From: Bdellovibrionales bacterium | GTDB lineage: Bacteria > Bdellovibrionota > Bdellovibrionia > Bdellovibrionales > JAUICD01 | Length of the DNA stretch: 64,000 nt | NCBI GenBank assembly: GCA_965262715.1 | Contig: OZ253553.1 | Location: 1,504,001 to 1,568,000 of the forward strand | Reading direction: 5' to 3' | Shown here: positions 39,767 through 49,628 of the stretch, piece after piece | How positions within the stretch are numbered: the stretch's first letter is position 1 | How the letters are laid out: each line of letters opens with the position of its first letter | Translations under genes and position numbers: made by a program | The notes under the pieces: generated by a model | The model's database searches: none | Seen by the model: the letters and a program-made list of their open reading frames with translations, nothing else | What the model was told of the DNA's origin: nothing

Positions 39767-41765
39767 GGCTTATAGGCTTCTGCTTATACAAATAAGCCTT
39801 TTAGGGGCTTTGTATTTAAGCTTTCCGGTTATTGCGCAAGAAAGCTTGATTCAGTTTGATGTAGCCTATGAACTAAGATCTATAAAAGGGGTAACAGATC
39901 AAAATAAACCAGAATCTTTTTTTATAAGGTTGGAAAATGGTCAAGTGGATTTAAATCCTTTTTTTGTGCGTGCAAATAGTTTATTAGAACAATCCAATAG
40001 AGAAAATGCATCTTTTATTGAAAGAGATTTGGGTTCTATTTTAGACTACTCTAACGAGCTTTGTGGAGAGCTTCCAGAGCGAAGTCAAATCCAGGCTTGT
40101 CAAAGCAATGTAGGATTGAGAATTGAAAGTCAAAAAGCTCAAATGTTAGAAAGACAGGCTGAAAGAGTTTTGTTCTCGAGATTTTATGATAGAGTTACAG
40201 TTCCTTCTCAAAACGAAGTTGATAAAGTAGCCAATAGAATACACGATTATTATATCAATAGAGGAGGGTGTAGAGCAAATTATTGTCTAAATAACGATAT
40301 TATGGATACATTGCTTTATGGATCTTCTATGCATTACAATCAAGTTCTGGACGTCCTTAATGAAGCAGGATTTACAAAAGAATGTTTAAAACATGTTTTA
40401 GAAGAGATTGCAGCAGATTATTGGATTGATCCATTTTCCGGAATGCCTAAAACTTGTGGAGGCTTGAACGGATCAGATCAAAGAGTTTGTCGTCAAATGC
40501 AATCTGATTTTAGGCGTGTGACAAATCGTATTGAAAATATGGTCAAAGAAATCCAGCCTACCAAAGAAGCAGATGTCAATGTTTCTTTATCCTGTTCGAC
40601 AAGCAATGATTTGATGCAAAATCTTACCAATGTGTTATCAGAAATAGAAGAAAGATCCTGTACAAATTATTCTGAAGGAGAGCAAAGGCTGCCTCAACAG
40701 ACAGCTTCATACAGTGGTTTTTATAGTGTAGAGAAAGAATCAAATGGCAATTACACAGTCACTATCCCCATTATTTTTTCTCCTGCCGATGATTATGATG
40801 GAGATGTTCCTGAAGATCAAATCAATGCTCACTATTTAGAAAGAACACGAACATGTATGGATGAGGCTAGTCCTCACATGCTAGGCCCTAATGGAGAAAG
40901 ATTGAACTTTAATATTGTAGATGGTTCATCATTAGATGCAAGTTCTTGTCAGCAGCCAAACAAAATTTCTATTCAAAGCACTGGCACAAGATCAAATGCT
41001 GACAGCTATGCCGCTGATATAAGTTGTTCAAGCACTACACATGAATTAGGACATGAAATGGGATTGGCGGATGAATATGCAGAAATCACTAAAGGAAGAA
41101 ATGTGATTGTCCTTAACGGAAGTATTGAGCAAGAAGGACAATCCATAACAGAGACATTTCTTCCTAACTATAATTGTCGTGTTATACAGAACAACAGTTT
41201 GATGGCAAATCATAGGGAAAGATTTGGAAGTGTGCAAGATGAACACAATGATTCTTTGTTAGATCCTACACATTTTCAAGTGATTTTATATGGAACAGCC
41301 TGTCAGTCAAGAGGTGATATTAACCTTTATCAGAAGTGCGCTTCATTAGCCTATGAAACACTCTACAAACCTAACAGTGAAGAAGATAATTGTCCAGAGA
41401 TAAAACAGCAATGTGAAAGATCAAATATATTAGGTAGAGACCTTGAAAGGGACATTGAAAAACTAGAAGCTCAACTTAAAGAAAAACTTGATCAAATATT
41501 TTTCATGAATAACCAAGGTCTTTCTAATTTTCTTGGAAATGAATCCTTGTCGCATATTTTAAGAAGAGCTACAGAAAAAACGAGAGCTAATCCAGGTATA
41601 CTTACAAGAAACCTCTTTACTATACAAGAATTAAGAGATATCGAGAACACCTTGGACCCTGGTCTTTATAATGGTTTTAAGATGTTTTTAAATCAAAGAG
41701 ATCGAAGTTTAATCGAAGTTAAGCATTTAAGACTAGATCTAAGGCGTTCAAGATCGCTGCCATAA
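39747..41765 (+). CDS. secreted Cys-rich zinc metalloprotease-like protein
   Basis: Signal peptide from ATG 39747; THELGHEMGLADEY and 'SLM' motif. Confidence 0.72.
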   Translation: MAYLKFKAYRLLLIQISLLGALYLSFPVIAQESLIQFDVAYELRSIKGVTDQNKPESFFIRLENGQVDLNPFFVRANSLLEQSNRENASFIERDLGSILDYSNELCGELPERSQIQACQSNVGLRIESQKAQMLERQAERVLFSRFYDRVTVPSQNEVDKVANRIHDYYINRGGCRANYCLNNDIMDTLLYGSSMHYNQVLDVLNEAGFTKECLKHVLEEIAADYWIDPFSGMPKTCGGLNGSDQRVCRQMQSDFRRVTNRIENMVKEIQPTKEADVNVSLSCSTSNDLMQNLTNVLSEIEERSCTNYSEGEQRLPQQTASYSGFYSVEKESNGNYTVTIPIIFSPADDYDGDVPEDQINAHYLERTRTCMDEASPHMLGPNGERLNFNIVDGSSLDASSCQQPNKISIQSTGTRSNADSYAADISCSSTTHELGHEMGLADEYAEITKGRNVIVLNGSIEQEGQSITETFLPNYNCRVIQNNSLMANHRERFGSVQDEHNDSLLDPTHFQVILYGTACQSRGDINLYQKCASLAYETLYKPNSEEDNCPEIKQQCERSNILGRDLERDIEKLEAQLKEKLDQIFFMNNQGLSNFLGNESLSHILRRATEKTRANPGILTRNLFTIQELRDIENTLDPGLYNGFKMFLNQRDRSLIEVKHLRLDLRRSRSLP

Positions 41766-41975
41766 CTCTTTCTTCAAGATTATTCTTCAAGTGAAGATCA
41801 TGTCTCTACATTAAAACCTATCATAGAAAACCTAAATGAGAAGTTGGAAACCAACCCTGAAATATCCAATGATGATTTATTGACTCCTCAACAGATAACT
41901 GACATCCAACGCCTTCATATTATTTCACCTGATTACCGTAAGACCAAACTAGCTTAATGAAAAATCTTAGGTTAT

Positions 41976-42461
41976 TTACTTTGCTTCTTCTGTTGAAGGT
42001 GGAGTGTCATCTGCTTTTTTTGAATCAGATTTGATATTATCAGTACTGTTAGACACTGCTTTATCCTGAGTATCATCTACTGATTCTTGATTTACATTCT
42101 TGTCCGTAGATTTGTCCTCTTGAACAGGAGCTTTACTCTCTACTTTTTTTGTGCCTTCCGGTACAGTCTTAGCCGGTGTCTCAACTGGCACAGCCTCGGT
42201 TGGTCTATAACCTTCAGTATCAAGTACACTATCTTTATTTTCCGAAGATAGACGTGTCAGTAAAATACAAGTCATTGCAAAAAAAATGACAACGACCTTT
42301 GTAGATTTTGTAAGGATATTTTCAACACCAGTTGCGCCAAATAAAGTATTAGACCCCCCGCCTCCAAAAGTAGAACCCATCGCTCCCTTAGAATCCTGGA
42401 CTAATACTAAAAGAATCAATATAATAGCTATTGCAATATGCACTATCACTAAAAAGTCCAC
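41976..42461 (-). CDS. secG: preprotein translocase subunit SecG
   Basis: LVLVQDSKG...FGGGGSNTLFG...ILTK.T; follows tpiA. Confidence 0.95.
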   Translation of the reverse strand: MDFLVIVHIAIAIILILLVLVQDSKGAMGSTFGGGGSNTLFGATGVENILTKSTKVVVIFFAMTCILLTRLSSENKDSVLDTEGYRPTEAVPVETPAKTVPEGTKKVESKAPVQEDKSTDKNVNQESVDDTQDKAVSNSTDNIKSDSKKADDTPPSTEEAK

Positions 42462-42496
42462 TATATACCTCTAAGACCTTTCTATCTTAAAAACAC

Positions 42497-43276
42497 TTAA
42501 GGGTCAACGGCTTTTAATTTGCTCTTATGTAAGGTTCTTGCAATAGCAAGAAAGCTTTCTAACTTAAGAGAAGCCCCACCAATTAGAAAGCCATCAATAC
42601 TTTCTAGCATAGATAAAGACTGAGCATTTTCTGGGTTTACACTGCCACCATAAAGTAAAGGAACTCTTTCCTTAAAATCATTAATAGATGATAAAACTTG
42701 CCTAATATACAAACATGCTTCTTCGATCATTTCTAAACTTGGTATCTGTCCTGTCGCAATAGCCCATAGAGGCTCATAAGCAATGATAAAAAAGGCAGAA
42801 GAATCAACATCCTTTAAAGCTTTCTTGACCTGATCTGTTATAACTTCTTTAGTCCTTCCCGTTTTACGTTCTTTTTGACTTTCTCCAACACAAAGAAGAG
42901 GGATCAACCCCGCTTGCCAAGCTGCTAGCATTTTTTGAGAAATCAATTCATTGCTCTCCCCAAAAAGTCCTCTTCTCTCACTATGTCCTACTAAGACAGT
43001 ACTTGCTCCCATAGATTTTAAGATAGAAGGAGAGTTCTCTCCCGTATAAGCACCAGAAGATTTTGTGTAGCAATTTTGAGCTCCCCACATTAAAGAAGTA
43101 TCTCTAGTCTTCTCCGCAATAATATCACAAGAGAAATTTTGTGGATAAAAAACCAATTGACAACAAGAAGAAGGTAAAAAATCTTGAGCTTTTTGTAAAA
43201 GCAAATCAATAAACTCTCCAGCTTCCCTTGGAGTCTTATTAAGCTTCCAGTTAGCAGCACACCAATACTTTTTCAT
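42497..43276 (-). CDS. tpiA: triosephosphate isomerase
   Basis: ANWK, GHSERR, AYEPLWAI, LYGGSV, LIGGASL. Confidence 0.98.
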   Translation of the reverse strand: MKKYWCAANWKLNKTPREAGEFIDLLLQKAQDFLPSSCCQLVFYPQNFSCDIIAEKTRDTSLMWGAQNCYTKSSGAYTGENSPSILKSMGASTVLVGHSERRGLFGESNELISQKMLAAWQAGLIPLLCVGESQKERKTGRTKEVITDQVKKALKDVDSSAFFIIAYEPLWAIATGQIPSLEMIEEACLYIRQVLSSINDFKERVPLLYGGSVNPENAQSLSMLESIDGFLIGGASLKLESFLAIARTLHKSKLKAVDP

Positions 43277-43299
43277 GACTGACCTCTTTCACTAAGAGC

Positions 43300-43630
43300 T
43301 GTCCTCACTAAAAATAGACCAGCCTCTCGAGGTGAGCCTCTCGAGGCGAGCCTCTGGCTGTTTTTTGGCAATGACCACGACGATTAGCATCCTCGCAAAA
43401 TAGTCATTGCCTAAAAAATCCGTCTATTTTTAGTAGGGAGACTCCCTTCGTTTTGTAACATAATGTTGAGCTGGACCCTCAATTTATCCAGCTAATTTCA
43501 AAATCATTGCCCTAAGGCCAGACTCTTTCTCATTTTTATCATTAGCTCTTATCACTTCTTATTCTTTTGGCCTTCAATATTTAGTTTTCTCAAATAGAGG
43601 AATTGAACGCAAATGATAATAAGGAAATCG
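43300..43630 (+). repeat. palindromic element family A, copy 7, with ~150-bp insert
   Basis: Stems ctaaaaatagac/gtctatttttag and ggcaatgac/gtcattgcc; insert shared with 17412-17563. Confidence 0.88.
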
Positions 43631-43644
43631 TTCTTATTCTTATA

Positions 43645-44859
43645 TTAAGAACTATAACTACTTAATACATCCAACCCAATTAGACTTTGACCTTGTAGGT
43701 ATTTCAAACTTGCACCACCTCCTGTTGATAAGTGTTGAGCTGTATAGCCACTCTTTTTTATGGCAGCAACAGAATCTCCCCCTCCTACAATACTTAAAGC
43801 GTCTGTCTGACTAATAGCCTTAGCAATTTCAAAAGTTCCTTTATCAAAAGGAGGTGTTTCAAAAAGTCCCATAGGCCCGTTCCAAAAAATGGTTTGGCTT
43901 TTTTCAATGACTTCTTTGTATTTTTGTAGCGTTTGAGGGCCAATATCACAACCAACATAACCTGCCTTAATCGAAGGACCATCCGTGATCTCAAAGTCTT
44001 CTGGTGAAATATTAAATAAATCTTTAGAAGATCTTGGACAAATCACATGATCAATAGGCAGTAAACAAGACTTGTCTCTTACAGCCAGACTTTTAAGCAA
44101 CTCCTTGATGGCTTGAACTTGATCTTTTTGAACAAGACTATCTCCTATATCTACACCTTGAGCCTTTAGAAAAGTATAAGCCATAGCACCACCAACTATA
44201 ACAGTATCTACCCTTTCCATAAGATTCTGCATCATACCTATCTTATCATTGACCTTAGCACCACCTAAAATAAGCACAAAAGGAGATTTTGCCTGAAAGA
44301 GAGAATCCAATATGTTCAACTCTTTTTGAACCAAAAAACCAATACCTTTGTTTTTAACCATTTGAGGTAAAGCCACAATACTCGCATGAGCCCTGTGACT
44401 AACAGAAAAGGCATCATTAATATAAATATCTGTGTAACTTGCAAAATGAGAAGCTAGAGTATGAGAGTTTTGCTCCTCACCTAAATCAAACCGTAAGTTC
44501 TCTAACATAATAATTTGAGAAGGGTTTAAACTAGTGATTAAATGTTTTGGCGCATCTCCCTTAACAGCTTCTATTAATAGAACCTCTATATTTAATTTTT
44601 CTGAAAGATAATCCGCTATAGGCATAAGACTGTAATGTGATTTGTTTTCTGGACGAGGACGACCAAGATGTGAGGCTACAATGAGCCTTGCTCCCTGATC
44701 TAATGCGTACTGAATTGTAGGTAAAACCAATGAAATACGCGTTTCATCAACAATTTGCTGATTCTTCATAGGGACATTTAAATCCAAACGTAGAAAGACT
44801 TTTTTCATGTCCATCTGAAAATCAGTGATACATTTTGTGACTTTGTTTTTATCAAACAA
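43645..44859 (-). CDS. pgk: phosphoglycerate kinase
   Basis: RLDLNVP, SHLGRP, LENLRF, WNGPMG, STGGGASL. Confidence 0.98.
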   Translation of the reverse strand: MFDKNKVTKCITDFQMDMKKVFLRLDLNVPMKNQQIVDETRISLVLPTIQYALDQGARLIVASHLGRPRPENKSHYSLMPIADYLSEKLNIEVLLIEAVKGDAPKHLITSLNPSQIIMLENLRFDLGEEQNSHTLASHFASYTDIYINDAFSVSHRAHASIVALPQMVKNKGIGFLVQKELNILDSLFQAKSPFVLILGGAKVNDKIGMMQNLMERVDTVIVGGAMAYTFLKAQGVDIGDSLVQKDQVQAIKELLKSLAVRDKSCLLPIDHVICPRSSKDLFNISPEDFEITDGPSIKAGYVGCDIGPQTLQKYKEVIEKSQTIFWNGPMGLFETPPFDKGTFEIAKAISQTDALSIVGGGDSVAAIKKSGYTAQHLSTGGGASLKYLQGQSLIGLDVLSSYSS

Positions 44860-44870
44860 GTTTAAAAACC

Positions 44871-45890
44871 CTATAAAATTTCAAGTAAATCCACCATGCG
44901 ATGAGAAAATCCCACCTCATTGTCATACCAAGCAAGTACCTTCACCATGTTATTTTCTAAAACCATGGTTGAAGGTAAATCCACAATGCAACTTGCTGTA
45001 TGACCTAAAAAATCTCTACTGACAAGAGGTAATTTTTCTACAGCAAGAATGCCATTTAAATCTCCGCTTGCAGCCTCTATAATGGCCTTATTGATCACTT
45101 CTACTGACACCTTGTGTTTAAGATGAGCCACCAAATCAACTAAACTCACGTTAGGAGTAGGCACTCGCACTGAAATGCCATCTATCTTACCCTCTAAATG
45201 AGGAAGGATCTTTCCAACTGTTTGAGCAGCGCCTGTACTTGTAGGGATAATCGACTGAGTAGCAGCACGCATACGGCGAAAATCCTTGTGATGATTATCT
45301 AATAACCTTTGATCATTTGTATAAGCATGTACCGTTGTCATAAATCCAGAAACAATTCCAAATTGCTCATCTAAAACTTTAACAAGAGGGGCAAGACAAT
45401 TCGTAGTGCAAGAAGCATTGCTTATCAGTTTATGCAATTTTGGATTGTATGTTCGATGATTCACTCCATAACAAATAGTCACATCAGAGCCTTCTGCAGG
45501 TGCTGATATCAAAACTTTCTTAACAGAACTTCTAAGATGTTCACACAAAGATTCCTTTGTTTTAAAAGCCCCTGTGCACTCTATCACTGTATCAACTTTC
45601 CATTGATCCCAAGGTATTTTGGAAGGATTTCTAGTTATAGAAACTGGAACATGAATACCATCTATAATAAGATGTTTATCGTCATAAAGAATATCCCTGT
45701 TCCAAGTGCCGTGCGAAGAGTCAAACTTCAGAAGGTGAGCCATCGCTTCTGTTGAAGAGCTATCATTAATGCCCACTACACAAAGCTTATTTGACTGTAT
45801 ATTTTCATGAGAATGAGACATGAACCGATCATAAATAGCTTTGAAAGTCATACGACCAATTCTACCAAAACCATTAATTCCCAGGCGCAT
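44871..45890 (-). CDS. gap: type I glyceraldehyde-3-phosphate dehydrogenase
   Basis: GINGFGRIGR, SNASCTTNCL, WYDNE. Start ATG at 45890 after GGAGG. Confidence 0.98.
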   Translation of the reverse strand: MRLGINGFGRIGRMTFKAIYDRFMSHSHENIQSNKLCVVGINDSSSTEAMAHLLKFDSSHGTWNRDILYDDKHLIIDGIHVPVSITRNPSKIPWDQWKVDTVIECTGAFKTKESLCEHLRSSVKKVLISAPAEGSDVTICYGVNHRTYNPKLHKLISNASCTTNCLAPLVKVLDEQFGIVSGFMTTVHAYTNDQRLLDNHHKDFRRMRAATQSIIPTSTGAAQTVGKILPHLEGKIDGISVRVPTPNVSLVDLVAHLKHKVSVEVINKAIIEAASGDLNGILAVEKLPLVSRDFLGHTASCIVDLPSTMVLENNMVKVLAWYDNEVGFSHRMVDLLEIL

Positions 45891-46319
45891 AGACACCTCC
45901 TTATTATAGAACCTTATTGCAAAGATAAGCAGAAAATGACACAAACATAACAAAAAGTCTATTTCATAAGTGGCATTTCTAACACCTTATTTAAATAACT
46001 CTTCATTTACCAGACGGCGAAAACTTTTATGCAAAGTAGATAGTCTGTAAAGGTCATGGCTATTTTGTCAATAAACTCCTAGAAAAAAGTCTAAAAAGTG
46101 TATTTCATCAAATATTTCATAAAGAAAGTATGAATTTGCTCCATAGAAGCTTTAATCAATTCTTGTAGGATTTACAAATTCTGACTTTAGACTTGCTCTT
46201 AAAAGCGAAAACCCATGAAAAAAGCTGTTTTCAAAGAATGGAGTTTGCTTCATGGCCTCATAGATGTTATGTGTTAATAGATTTTAACGAAGTAGTTCTT
46301 GAGTGTGACAAGGAGCGTA

Positions 46320-46817
46320 ATGATGCAAACAGAATTTCAAATAGGAGAACATGTTGTTTATCCAGGTTATGGCGTAGCTAAAGTAACAAACATTGATACC
46401 AAAAAAATTATGGGCAATCCTCAAAGTTTCTACTGTCTAGAAATTCTAGATGGTGGAATGACAATTATGGTACCTCAGAGCAACACCCATAATGTAGGTT
46501 TGCGGTCAGTTATTGATCAGGGTGAGGCAGGTCGAGTGTTAGGTGTTTTAAAAAAACGAACTATGATAAAAATTGATCATCAGACATGGAATCGTCGTTA
46601 TAGAGAATATATGGAAAAAATTAAAACAGGTAATGTTTATGAAATAGCCAAAGTACTTAGAGATTTATTTTTATTAAAAACAGATAAAGAATTAAGTTTC
46701 GGTGAGAAAAAGATGTTAGATAAAGCAAGAGGGCTTTTGATTAAGGAGTTAGCTTTAGCCACACAAAGTAAAGAATCCGACATTGAAAATAAAATACAGA
46801 AAACCTTTAATAGTTAA
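46320..46817 (+). CDS. carD: CarD/CdnL family transcription factor
   Basis: FQIGEHVVYPGYGV, WNRRYRE..EKIKTG, LSFGEKKML. Confidence 0.95.
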   Translation: MMQTEFQIGEHVVYPGYGVAKVTNIDTKKIMGNPQSFYCLEILDGGMTIMVPQSNTHNVGLRSVIDQGEAGRVLGVLKKRTMIKIDHQTWNRRYREYMEKIKTGNVYEIAKVLRDLFLLKTDKELSFGEKKMLDKARGLLIKELALATQSKESDIENKIQKTFNS

Positions 46818-46893
46818 GCTAAAAGCAGCATTAAACAAAAAATCAAAACATAAATAACTAGACAAAAAGATGAGTTCCTACTAAAATAATAGC

Positions 46894-47241
46894 ATGTCAA
46901 ATATAGAAATCACTCGTCACACCTCTGTAAAAGCAGATGTAGCCTTTGAAAGAGTCAAAAGCATCATGTCAAGTAATTCTCAGATGAAAAAATGGGACCC
47001 TAACTACCACTGTGAGTTTGAAGAGAATGCCATCCATATTAAAGGAAAACACTTAAATGCTACCATCACAATCTCCCCATGTAGTGACACAGAAGCTGTT
47101 ACAAATCAAAATAAGGCTCAAACCGTTAGTATTATTCATATTAATATCTCCTTACCTTTAATGTTATCTCCATTTAAGAAGTTAGTAAAAACAAACTTAG
47201 AAAAACAATTAGATAAGACTTTTGGCAAAAAGTTATTCTGA
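46894..47241 (+). CDS. small protein, possibly polyhydroxyalkanoic-acid-system family
   Basis: 'IEITRH' start and 'LPLMLSPFK..V...LEKQL' end resemble that family. Confidence 0.5.
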   Translation: MSNIEITRHTSVKADVAFERVKSIMSSNSQMKKWDPNYHCEFEENAIHIKGKHLNATITISPCSDTEAVTNQNKAQTVSIIHINISLPLMLSPFKKLVKTNLEKQLDKTFGKKLF

Positions 47242-48268
47242 TAAAACACCCACAAAAACAGTGAAAAAATCAAAAAAGCCTTCCTTTCAATCAAACCCTC
47301 AACTCTTATCAAATACATCTAAAGTTTCCTTAGATAAGCAAATTAAAAGATCTAGCAAAATGAAAGAAGCAAATCCAAAAACTATTAAAAATAAATACCA
47401 CCTGCCATCTCATACAAAGAGTTTACCTCCTGTTCAACAAGATACTTTAAAAGCTTATTTGATGGAGGTGAAAAAATACCCTTTATTAACTCCTGAGGAA
47501 GAAAAACGCCTTGCTATCAAATATTTTGAAGAAGGAGATACAGACGCTGCCAGCAGCTTGGTGAAAGCAAACTTGCGTTTTGTGATTAAAATTGCTGCTG
47601 AGTATTTTAAGTTTGGACCCAAACTTATTGATCTGATTCAAGAAGGAAATATAGGTTTAATCCATGCTGTTAAGGAGTATAACCCCTACAAAGGAGTTCG
47701 TTTAATAAGTTATGCCGTTTGGTGGATTAGAGGTTATATTAAAGAATATTTATTAAGAAACTACTCCCCAGTTAAAATAGCCACAACACAATCTCAAAGA
47801 AAGATTTTTTATAACCTTCAAAAGGAAACAAAAAAGCTAGAGTTAGAAGGATTTCAACCCACAACAAAGCTGCTAAGTCAAAGATTGGATGTTCCAGAAA
47901 AGGATGTAGAGACAATGAAAGCTCGTATGGCATCAAAGCCTGTTTCTCTAGATGCCACCTTAGATAAAAGTGGAGGTTCTCATGTTCGTCTTATAGACAT
48001 GCAAGTAGGTGAAAGATCAGAAGACTCCCTTGAAGAATTCTTGTCTTCAAAAGAAGAGTTAGCGTCATTGACAAAACATGTGCGTCAAATACGCCCTTTT
48101 CTTAATGAAAAAGAGCTTTATATTTTGGACAACCGTCTTTTATCTGATCCACCATTAACTTTAAAAAAAGTTGGTGATGAATATGGTATCACAAGAGAGC
48201 GTGTCCGTCAGATAGAAACCCGCTTGATTCAAAAACTCCGTCAATCATTTGATGAATCATCTTCATAG
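47222..48268 (+). CDS. rpoH: RNA polymerase sigma-32 factor
   Basis: DLIQEGNIGL, RpoH-box-like 'VKIATTQSQRKIFYNL', ITRERVRQIE; true start uncertain. Confidence 0.9.
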   Translation: MAKSYSDKTPTKTVKKSKKPSFQSNPQLLSNTSKVSLDKQIKRSSKMKEANPKTIKNKYHLPSHTKSLPPVQQDTLKAYLMEVKKYPLLTPEEEKRLAIKYFEEGDTDAASSLVKANLRFVIKIAAEYFKFGPKLIDLIQEGNIGLIHAVKEYNPYKGVRLISYAVWWIRGYIKEYLLRNYSPVKIATTQSQRKIFYNLQKETKKLELEGFQPTTKLLSQRLDVPEKDVETMKARMASKPVSLDATLDKSGGSHVRLIDMQVGERSEDSLEEFLSSKEELASLTKHVRQIRPFLNEKELYILDNRLLSDPPLTLKKVGDEYGITRERVRQIETRLIQKLRQSFDESSS

Positions 48269-48419
48269 ATAAAGTAGATTAAAGTAACCAATTTTTTTGC
48301 TCCTATATTTTTTATCTTAAAAATTAAAACATAAGATTTTCTCTTTTAAAATAAATTTTCAAATATTGATTTTCAATGAAGTTTCGTTTATAGCCAAATA
48401 CTAAGAAGAGATAAGAGAA

Positions 48420-49628
48420 ATGAAGATACTCAATGATTACAATGATATTAAAAATATTAAAGTCAAAAAAATATCTGCCAAGCAGTTTATATCTACTTGG
48501 ATATCTATAAAACAAGGATATTGTAATGATAAAGTTCTATTAGACGTACGTTCTGAAAAAGAATTCTTATCTAAAAATCTACCTTCATTTATCTCTGCTC
48601 CTCTTTTAAAAGATGAGGAACATTCTTTAATTGGTACTCTTTATAAACAAAAAGGACCTTCTATTGCAATGAAAGAAGGTTTAAAACTATCTGAATTATA
48701 TTTAAAGGAGAGGCTGTCCACGTGGAAAAATATTACAGATTCAAAAGAAGTTTTTATAACTTGTTTAAGAGGAGGTCTACGCTCTCGAATTGTAGCCCAT
48801 TATGTACAATTTTTTACCAAAAGTTGCTACCAAATTGAGGGAGGCTATAAGGCTCTACGCTCTATTTTACTTGAACAGTTAAAGTATTTAGAAAAATACA
48901 ACTTTTATATTTTAACTGGAAAAACAGGTAGTGGAAAGACCCAATTATTAAATAAGCTTTCTATTGATATTGATGGCATTATTGATTTAGAAAAGCTAGC
49001 AAATCACAAAGGCAGTGCTTTTGGATATCCTATTTATCAAAACCAGCCGACTCAATCTAGTTTTGAAAATGCCCTACTCTTTGAACTCTTACAAAAAAAA
49101 TCACATTGTATTTTATTAGAAGATGAAAGTCGTCTCATTGGACAAAATCTCATACCTCCTCAAATAAAAGAAAAAATGAATAACTCCCCAGTAGTATATT
49201 TAGATGTAGATATTGATACAAGGGCAAAGCATATTTTCAAAGAGTATATTATTGATCTTATGCAGCAAGATATTTCTAAAGATACACTTTTTCAACATGC
49301 ACTAGAAGGGCTTAAGAGAATTTCAAAACGCCTAGGCGGAAATATGTTCCAATCTTTAAAGAAATCTATGAATCACGCATTCTCACAAGATCAAGGCATG
49401 AATGAAAAAGCCCATTTAGAATATATTCGTACACTATTAGAGACATATTATGATAAGAGGTATGATCATGCCTTTAATAAGAATAAAAGAAAAGTTTTAT
49501 TTCAAGGAAACTTTAAGGAGTGCAGAAAGTGGTTAACAGTAAGTCTCAAACTATCAAGCTCACACAAACAGTTAAGAAAGGAGGATGTGCCGCAAAACTC
49601 CCTCCAAAAAAACTCCAATCTATTTTAG
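48420..49628 (+). CDS. mnmH: tRNA 2-selenouridine synthase
   Basis: Rhodanese domain DVRS..EF, IGTLYKQ, CLRGGLRS; P-loop GKTGSGKT; DLE.LANHKGSAFG; EDESR. Confidence 0.95.
   Translation: MKILNDYNDIKNIKVKKISAKQFISTWISIKQGYCNDKVLLDVRSEKEFLSKNLPSFISAPLLKDEEHSLIGTLYKQKGPSIAMKEGLKLSELYLKERLSTWKNITDSKEVFITCLRGGLRSRIVAHYVQFFTKSCYQIEGGYKALRSILLEQLKYLEKYNFYILTGKTGSGKTQLLNKLSIDIDGIIDLEKLANHKGSAFGYPIYQNQPTQSSFENALLFELLQKKSHCILLEDESRLIGQNLIPPQIKEKMNNSPVVYLDVDIDTRAKHIFKEYIIDLMQQDISKDTLFQHALEGLKRISKRLGGNMFQSLKKSMNHAFSQDQGMNEKAHLEYIRTLLETYYDKRYDHAFNKNKRKVLFQGNFKECRKWLTVSLKLSSSHKQLRKEDVPQNSLQKNSNLF

Noticed and set aside
41940..41980. tRNA-Leu often found after secG
   Set aside because: No cloverleaf or T-loop consensus is visible here or elsewhere in the window.
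49570..49600. Selenocysteine recoding in selD
   Set aside because: The catalytic codon is TGT (Cys); there is no in-frame TGA.
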